A DNA stretch of 56,877 nucleotides. Source: an uncultured Bifidobacterium sp. (GTDB lineage: Bacteria > Verrucomicrobiota > Verrucomicrobiia > Limisphaerales > JADLHS01). The stretch spans positions 1-56,877 of the forward strand of contig CAYSDO010000001.1 in NCBI GenBank assembly GCA_964429665.1, written 5' to 3'. Under the pieces are notes generated by a model. That model had not been told where the DNA came from and searched no databases. It worked only from the letters and a program-made list of their open reading frames with translations. Position 1 is the stretch's first letter. Each line of letters starts with the position of its first letter. Of this stretch, positions 51,459 to 56,877 are shown in pieces. A program made the translations under genes and the position numbers.

Positions 51459-54145
51459 CCATCAACGGCCAGGCGCGTCAGTTTCCTGAAGGTCTCACCA
51501 TCAATCAGGCGTTGCGGCAGATTGCCGTCGAGGTGCCGACGCTTTGTCACGACGACCGCCTCCAACCTTACGGCTCGTGCCGCCTTTGCGCGGTCGAGGT
51601 CAAGGGCGTCAACAGCCTCGTCACGGCGTGCAACACGCAGCTCCGCGACGGCATGGAAATTTTCACGCACTCCGACACGGTGCAAGGCGTGCGCAAGACG
51701 TTGCTCGGTTTGATTGCGAAGGATTATCCAGCGGAAGCGGTCACGGAGTTTCCCGACAAACAATTTCATCGTTACCTCCGCGAATACAACGTGAAGGCCG
51801 GCGGCTCGCGCAAAGCTCCCCCGCCCGCGGTGCCCTACATGAAGGACACCACGCACCCTTACATCAACGTGGACATGTCGCAGTGCGTGACGTGCTACCG
51901 TTGCGTGCGCATTTGCGAGGAGGTGCAGGGCCAGTTCGTGTGGAAGGCGTGGAATCGCGGCGACCAGACGCGCATCGGGCCGGTGCGCGGCGTGACTTTG
52001 CAGGACGGCGGCTGCGTGAGTTGTGGCGCGTGCGTGGACACGTGTCCTTCGGGCGCGCTCGAAGACCTCACCTTGCTCAAACGCGGCGTGCCGACGGATT
52101 GGACCAAGACGATTTGCTCCTACTGCGGCACGGGTTGCGAAGTAAATGTCGGCACGCGCAACGGCCAAATCACCACCATCCGCCCGTCCATGGATGGCCC
52201 GAGCAATCACGGCCACACCTGCGTGAAAGGCCGCTATGCTTTCGATTACATCACGCACAAAGAACGGCCCACTTCGCCGATGATTCGCCGCAATGGTCAG
52301 TGGCAGAAGGTGAGTTGGAGCGAAGTGAATCAATTCATCGCCGACAAGTTGCGCGAGTCCATGGCCAAGCATGGCCCGGACAGCATCGGCATCCTTAGCT
52401 CGGCGCGCGGGACGAACGAGGAAAATTACGCCGCGCAAAAGTTCGCGCGCGTCGTGGTAGGCAGCAACAACATTGATTGCTGCGCGCGCGTCTGCCACTC
52501 GCCCACCGCCGCGGCGATGAAGATGACGCTCGGCACCGGCGCTGCAACCAATTCGCTCGACGACATCACCCTCGCGCGCACGATTCTGGTCGCCGGGGTG
52601 AATCCCACCGAAGGCCATCCCGTCACCGGCGCGCGCATTAAACAGGCCGCGCGGCATGGCGCGAAGCTCATCATCGTGGACCCGCGCGAGATTGAGTTGA
52701 ACGAATTCGCCACGGTGCATCTCCAGCTTCATGCCGGCACGAACGTCGTGCTTTTCAATGCGATGGGCGCAGTAATTGTCGAGGAGGGTCTTGTGGATGA
52801 AGAGTTCATCCGAACACGCCTCACGGAGTTCGACGAGTATCGCGAATTCGTGAAACAGTTCGCGCCGGAAAAGGTGGAAAAAATTTGCGGCGTGCCGGCG
52901 GCGAAAATCCGCGAGGCCGCGCGCATTTACGCGACGAACAAGCCGTCGCTGTCCGTCCATGGCCTCGGCATGACCGAGCACATCCAGGGCACGGAGGGCA
53001 TCATGGCGCTGGTGAATCTGGCGCTCATCACCGGAAACATCGGCAAGCCCGGCACCGGCATCAATCCTTTGCGTGGCCAGAACAATGTCCAAGGCGCGCC
53101 GCATATGGGTTCCGAGCCGAAGCTCCTTGCCGGCTACGTGCCACTCACCGAGCATCGCGAGCGGTTTGAGCAGGCCTGGCGCGTGAAGCTGCCGACCAAT
53201 CCCGGCATCAACATGATGGAGATGATGGACGCCGCCGACGCGGGGAAACTCAAGGTGCTTTGGTCCATCGGCTATGACATCGTGATGACGAACCCGAACA
53301 TGCACTACACGCGGCGGGCGATGGAAAAACTCGACCTCGTCATCGTGCAGGACATTTTCATCAACGAGACGGCGCGGGAATTCGGCGATGTGTTTTTACC
53401 CGCCGCTTCCTCGTTCGAGAAGGACGGCACATTCATGAACGGCGAGCGCCGCATCCAACGCGTGCGACAGGCCGTGCCGCCGCAGGGTGAGGCTCGTTCC
53501 GATTGGGAAATTGTTTGTGACATCGCCAAACTCATGGGCAAAGGCGAACACTTTGCCTATAGGAGCGCTGAGGAAATCTGGGACGAAGTCCGCTCGCTCT
53601 GGCCGGAAGCCGCCGGCATCAGTTACGCGCGCATGGACAAACTCGGCGGCCTGCAATGGCCGTGCGTTGATGAAAATGACCCCGGCACGCCCACGCTGCA
53701 TACGGATCATTTCACACACGGGAAGACCACCGCGTTGCGCCGCATCGAATACGTAGCGCCGCCGAAGTTGACGACAAGGGAATTTCCGTTCCTGCTCACC
53801 ACCGGTCGCAATCTTTACCAATACAACGCCGCCACGCAGACCGCGCGTACGCCCAACGACAGCATCCACTCCACCGACTATCTGCAACTTTCGTCCGCCG
53901 ATGCTGCACGCCTCAGGCTGGCCGACGGTGAGATCGTCCGGTTGCGCAGCGAACAGGGTGTGGCGGAATTGCCGGTGAAGATCAGCGACGCGGTGAAGGA
54001 AGGTGAGGTTTATACCACGTTCCATTCGACGCGAGTCTTTCTTAACCAGATCACCACGTCGCATCGCGATCGGTACACGAAGACGCCCGAATACAAGATC
54101 ACCGCGGTTTGCATCGAGAAGCTCGAACCCGTGGCTGCCAAGTGA
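51446..54145 (+). CDS. formate dehydrogenase alpha subunit (NuoG-like Fe-S N-terminus plus Mo/W-bisPGD domain), Cys type
   Basis: 2Fe-2S 'CHDDRLQPYGSCRLC'. 4Fe-4S 'CVTCYRCVRIC' and 'CVSCGACVDTCP'. 'CSYCGTGC'. Active-site region 'CCARVCHSPT' with no in-frame TGA. Confidence 0.9.
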   Translation: MLQVTINGQARQFPEGLTINQALRQIAVEVPTLCHDDRLQPYGSCRLCAVEVKGVNSLVTACNTQLRDGMEIFTHSDTVQGVRKTLLGLIAKDYPAEAVTEFPDKQFHRYLREYNVKAGGSRKAPPPAVPYMKDTTHPYINVDMSQCVTCYRCVRICEEVQGQFVWKAWNRGDQTRIGPVRGVTLQDGGCVSCGACVDTCPSGALEDLTLLKRGVPTDWTKTICSYCGTGCEVNVGTRNGQITTIRPSMDGPSNHGHTCVKGRYAFDYITHKERPTSPMIRRNGQWQKVSWSEVNQFIADKLRESMAKHGPDSIGILSSARGTNEENYAAQKFARVVVGSNNIDCCARVCHSPTAAAMKMTLGTGAATNSLDDITLARTILVAGVNPTEGHPVTGARIKQAARHGAKLIIVDPREIELNEFATVHLQLHAGTNVVLFNAMGAVIVEEGLVDEEFIRTRLTEFDEYREFVKQFAPEKVEKICGVPAAKIREAARIYATNKPSLSVHGLGMTEHIQGTEGIMALVNLALITGNIGKPGTGINPLRGQNNVQGAPHMGSEPKLLAGYVPLTEHRERFEQAWRVKLPTNPGINMMEMMDAADAGKLKVLWSIGYDIVMTNPNMHYTRRAMEKLDLVIVQDIFINETAREFGDVFLPAASSFEKDGTFMNGERRIQRVRQAVPPQGEARSDWEIVCDIAKLMGKGEHFAYRSAEEIWDEVRSLWPEAAGISYARMDKLGGLQWPCVDENDPGTPTLHTDHFTHGKTTALRRIEYVAPPKLTTREFPFLLTTGRNLYQYNAATQTARTPNDSIHSTDYLQLSSADAARLRLADGEIVRLRSEQGVAELPVKISDAVKEGEVYTTFHSTRVFLNQITTSHRDRYTKTPEYKITAVCIEKLEPVAAK

Positions 54146-54999
54146 TGAAGCGGGCAACTCGCAGTGCTGCGTCTCGCGTGATGGAAGTGGTGCGGGTGCG
54201 CATCGGTAGCCGGCCACACAAGCAGTCCGATGTTGTCGCCACCGAAGAACCGCTGGAAATCCGCGTGCGCGGTCGTAGTGTGGCCGTGACCATGCGCACG
54301 CCGGGTCATGACCGCGAACTGGCCGCCGGTTTTTTGCTCACCGAGCGCATCATCCATCAACCCAAAGACCTCATAGACATCGCAACTTGTCGTGCAAGCC
54401 TTTCACCGGAGAATACGGTTGATGTTTTTCTGGCTTCCGGCGTCGAGGTGGATTTTGCAAGGTTGACGCGGCATGTTTTTGCCACATCGAGCTGCGGACT
54501 TTGCGGCAAGGCGTCCATCGAGGCGGTGAAACAAAATTTTCCGCAGGTGAATTCTGATCTCTCCGTGGCTGCCGCGACACTCGCACGGCTGCCCGGGCGG
54601 ATGCGCGCCGCACAACAGACCTTTGCGCAGACCGGCGGGCTGCACGCTGCGGCAATCTTCGACTCGCGCGGAAAACTGATTGTTCTGCGCGAAGACATAG
54701 GACGCCACAACGCCGTGGATAAAGTTGTAGGCTTTGGCTTGCTCGAAAAGATGCTTCCCTTCGATTCTCATATCCTACTGGTCAGCGGGCGCGCGTCGTT
54801 TGAGATTTTACAGAAATCCCTGGCGGCGCGCTTTCCAATCGTTTGCGCTGTCTCCGCCCCATCCAGTCTTGCCGTGGAGTTTGCCCTTGAAAGCAGGCAG
54901 ACGCTTGTAGGGTTTCTTCGAGGAGATACAATGAATGTTTATACAGGCGCGGAGCGAATCGTCCAAAATTCCATCTTCCGGCGGACTCGCGTAGCTTGA
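54145..54999 (+). CDS. fdhD: formate dehydrogenase accessory sulfurtransferase FdhD
   Basis: 'EEPLEIRV', 'ATSSCGLCGK' and 'GRHNAVDKVVG'. ATG 54145 overlaps the alpha-subunit stop (TGATG). Confidence 0.9.
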   Translation: MKRATRSAASRVMEVVRVRIGSRPHKQSDVVATEEPLEIRVRGRSVAVTMRTPGHDRELAAGFLLTERIIHQPKDLIDIATCRASLSPENTVDVFLASGVEVDFARLTRHVFATSSCGLCGKASIEAVKQNFPQVNSDLSVAAATLARLPGRMRAAQQTFAQTGGLHAAAIFDSRGKLIVLREDIGRHNAVDKVVGFGLLEKMLPFDSHILLVSGRASFEILQKSLAARFPIVCAVSAPSSLAVEFALESRQTLVGFLRGDTMNVYTGAERIVQNSIFRRTRVA

Positions 55000-55111
55000 T
55001 TGCGTTGCCCGATTGAAGTTGAAACTCCTGTCAAAAGAAAATCGCGGTTGACCGATTCGCGTTTTTGCCTAAGCTCCCTGGCGTCACATTAACCACAAAC
55101 TGATAAATTCT

Positions 55112-55555
55112 ATGGCAAAAATTGTACCTCTGATTAGTTCTGGCGTTGCAGGCCCGCTCGGCGTTTTGCATCTGCCACGTCTCTGGCTCAAAGTCTCACT
55201 CGAAGCCCGCGGCAAGCTGGCGGACGGCTACCCCGGCATCGGCAAGGGCTATGACATGATGGTCTGCTCCGCGCTGAACCTGAATGCTGACGCGGTAAAA
55301 AAGTTCATCGCGGATTCAAAGCCCAACTATCCTCAATTCGAGGCATGGATCAAGAAGCAGCCCGGCGTGAAGCTCGACAAGGCTACGATCCACAAGCTCA
55401 ACGTATCCATTCAAGGCTACATTCATGACGAAGGCACGTGCAGCGGCATCCTGAAGGCGAGTGGCATCTCGGAAGCCAGCTCGGTCTGCCCTGATGCAAT
55501 CAACCTGAACAATCTGGATGATTGGCAGGAGTTTCATGCGGCAGAGTTGAAGTAA
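55112..55555 (+). CDS. conserved hypothetical protein (DUF5069-like)
   Basis: 'GPLGVLHLPRLWLKVSLEARGKLADGY' resembles DUF5069 from memory. A terminator follows. Confidence 0.5.
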   Translation: MAKIVPLISSGVAGPLGVLHLPRLWLKVSLEARGKLADGYPGIGKGYDMMVCSALNLNADAVKKFIADSKPNYPQFEAWIKKQPGVKLDKATIHKLNVSIQGYIHDEGTCSGILKASGISEASSVCPDAINLNNLDDWQEFHAAELK

Positions 55556-55573
55556 GCCGCCTGTATGTTCTCC

Positions 55574-55612
55574 GCCGGCGTGAGACACAATGTTTCACGC
55601 CGGCATTTTTGT
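55574..55612 (+). terminator. Rho-independent terminator
   Basis: GCCGGCGTGA (55574-55583), an 11-nt loop, then TCACGCCGGC (55595-55604) followed by ATTTTTGTT. Confidence 0.75.
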
Positions 55613-55638
55613 TCTCAGATTCAAGAAACACCTTGGCC

Positions 55639-56874
55639 CTAGACTCCGTGAGATTGCGCGAGTCTTACGATCGCCAGCACATTTGCAGTCGCCTGGGGGA
55701 CGAAGGAGCTTACCTCCACAAACTCCGGCAATTTGGATCCGTCCGCACTGCGCTCCGAGCAATGATCGTTCTCCCCCCACGGCCCGAGACCATCCAGCGT
55801 AGGCACGGCATCCCAGATGAGATTGCCATCACTCAACCCGCCTCGCTCCTGCATGTTCATCCGGCAGCCAATCTCCTCTCCTGCCGCACGCCAGAATTCA
55901 AACAGCCGGTCGGTCCCGGCGTTGCGTGGCCACGGCCGGCTCTCGGTCAGAATCTCCACCTTGATCTCGCAGGGGAAATGATCTGTCTTCGCGCGGACGT
56001 CGCCGGGCCCGGCCAGCGCGAGCATCGTTGACTTCGCATGCTGATATACTTCCGGTGTGAACGCGCGGAATTCTCCCTCAATGACGGTTTCGTGCGGCAC
56101 GCGGTTTAACACCGTGCCACCGGAAATCGTCGCCACGTTCACAGTCAGATCGCGCGAGTAATCCGTCATTGCTGCGATGCGGTCGACGACGCGGCCTGCC
56201 TGGACAATTGCATTCGCGCCATGCGGATGACTGCCACCGGCATGCGCCCCACGCCCGATCACCGTCACCCGCCAAGCTGCCCGTCCTTTTCTTGCCACCA
56301 CTTTCAAATGTTCCACGCCAAGCCTCCCTTCCGCTTCAAACAGGAGCGCCGCAAGGGTGTCTGCATCAAACTCAGCACGGCAGACATCCCCAAAATCGGC
56401 CGAGAGATGTTCCTCTGATGAATTCCAGATCAGCTTCCAGGTGATTCTCTCGAAAACCTCCTTAGCATGTTCGCGCAAGGCGGACAACACGAGCCACATC
56501 ATCGCAGTGCCGCCTTTGATGTCGTGCGTGCCGGGGCCGAAGATGCGATCACCTTCCACAGACCAGTGAAAATCATTCCGTTTTTCCTCCTCCGGTGGGA
56601 AGACCGTGTCCAAGTGCGAAATCAAGGCGATGCTCTTGTTCGATCGCCCCTGCCGCGTAAGAACGAGATGGTCGCCGTATGCCGGATTGACCGAACGCAC
56701 GGTCTTCGAAATAAAACCGAGTGGCGCAAACGACCCGGCGGTCATCGCACCCAGCCGGTTCACACCTTCGCGATTCGTGGTGAAGCTGTTTATCTCGACC
56801 ATTTGCCGAAGCAGTTCGATCGTCGCTGGCATTCGCACGGCAAGAAATGATTTCAGAGCGGTGATGTCTGACAT
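55639..56874 (-). CDS. M20 family metallopeptidase (carboxypeptidase G2 / ArgE-DapE-like)
   Basis: 'LISHLDTVFP', 'GPGTHDIKGG', 'NSSEE' and a C-terminal 'GENDHCSE'-type motif. Confidence 0.85.
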   Translation of the reverse strand: MSDITALKSFLAVRMPATIELLRQMVEINSFTTNREGVNRLGAMTAGSFAPLGFISKTVRSVNPAYGDHLVLTRQGRSNKSIALISHLDTVFPPEEEKRNDFHWSVEGDRIFGPGTHDIKGGTAMMWLVLSALREHAKEVFERITWKLIWNSSEEHLSADFGDVCRAEFDADTLAALLFEAEGRLGVEHLKVVARKGRAAWRVTVIGRGAHAGGSHPHGANAIVQAGRVVDRIAAMTDYSRDLTVNVATISGGTVLNRVPHETVIEGEFRAFTPEVYQHAKSTMLALAGPGDVRAKTDHFPCEIKVEILTESRPWPRNAGTDRLFEFWRAAGEEIGCRMNMQERGGLSDGNLIWDAVPTLDGLGPWGENDHCSERSADGSKLPEFVEVSSFVPQATANVLAIVRLAQSHGV

Positions 56875-56877
56875 TGC

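Noticed and set aside
52480-52510. Possible selenocysteine (in-frame TGA plus SECIS) in the formate dehydrogenase.
   Set aside because: The ORF is uninterrupted, and the active-site position is a Cys codon in 'CARVCHSP'.
51425-53305. A 626-aa ORF antisense to the formate dehydrogenase alpha subunit. Similar long antisense or overlapping ORFs occur at 33281-34345, 7265-7975, 8719-9189, 15139-15741, 48155-48874 and 53396-54217.
   Set aside because: Each lies opposite a gene with strong family motifs. Their translations are Arg/His/Ala/Gly-rich low-information sequence, as expected from stop-codon depletion in GC-rich DNA. I recognise no motifs in them.

Overview
This is a 56.9-kb, GC-rich, densely coded chromosomal window. 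I support about 58 CDSs on both strands. I found no rRNA, tRNA, CRISPR array, transposase, integrase or phage gene. Most of the content is housekeeping, with a strong diderm cell-envelope theme. Envelope genes: lpxK-waaF, kdsA / long LptA-like gene / lptB, murJ, and tolQ-tolR-tolA-tolB-pal followed by tatA-tatC. Central metabolism and translation: argS, hisI, hisF, bioD, guaB, ubiX, rsfS. Regulatory PTS parts: ptsN, hprK. There is also an NAD-type formate dehydrogenase module (NuoF-like, alpha subunit, fdhD). The gene content and a family of short GC-hairpin and heptad intergenic repeats remind me of PVC-group (Verrucomicrobia-like) genomes; that is inference only. I see no canonical defence island or mobile element. 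The loci most worth a second look are: (1) two coupled FabF-like ketosynthases followed by an AcpS-type PPTase fused to an LpxL-family acyltransferase (5619-9588), which resembles a remodelled version of the rhizobial acpXL/lpxXL very-long-chain lipid A module. (2) A seven-gene, translationally coupled nucleotide-sugar operon (13958-21240). It has a reversed-order HldE-like enzyme, a UDP-Glc/GDP-Man dehydrogenase homologue whose catalytic Cys appears replaced by Asn, and an SDR with HxxxH in place of YxxxK. (3) An A/T-richer orphan ORF with a PD-(D/E)xK-like motif wedged into the bioD-hisF operon. (4) A MarR-coupled QueG-like Fe-S protein fused to an SCP2 domain. (5) A TatC with a repeat-containing loop insertion of about 80 aa. 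(6) A short repeat family (GTGTCAGG units) that also lies in frame inside argS. All functional calls come from by-eye motif recognition. No database search was run.
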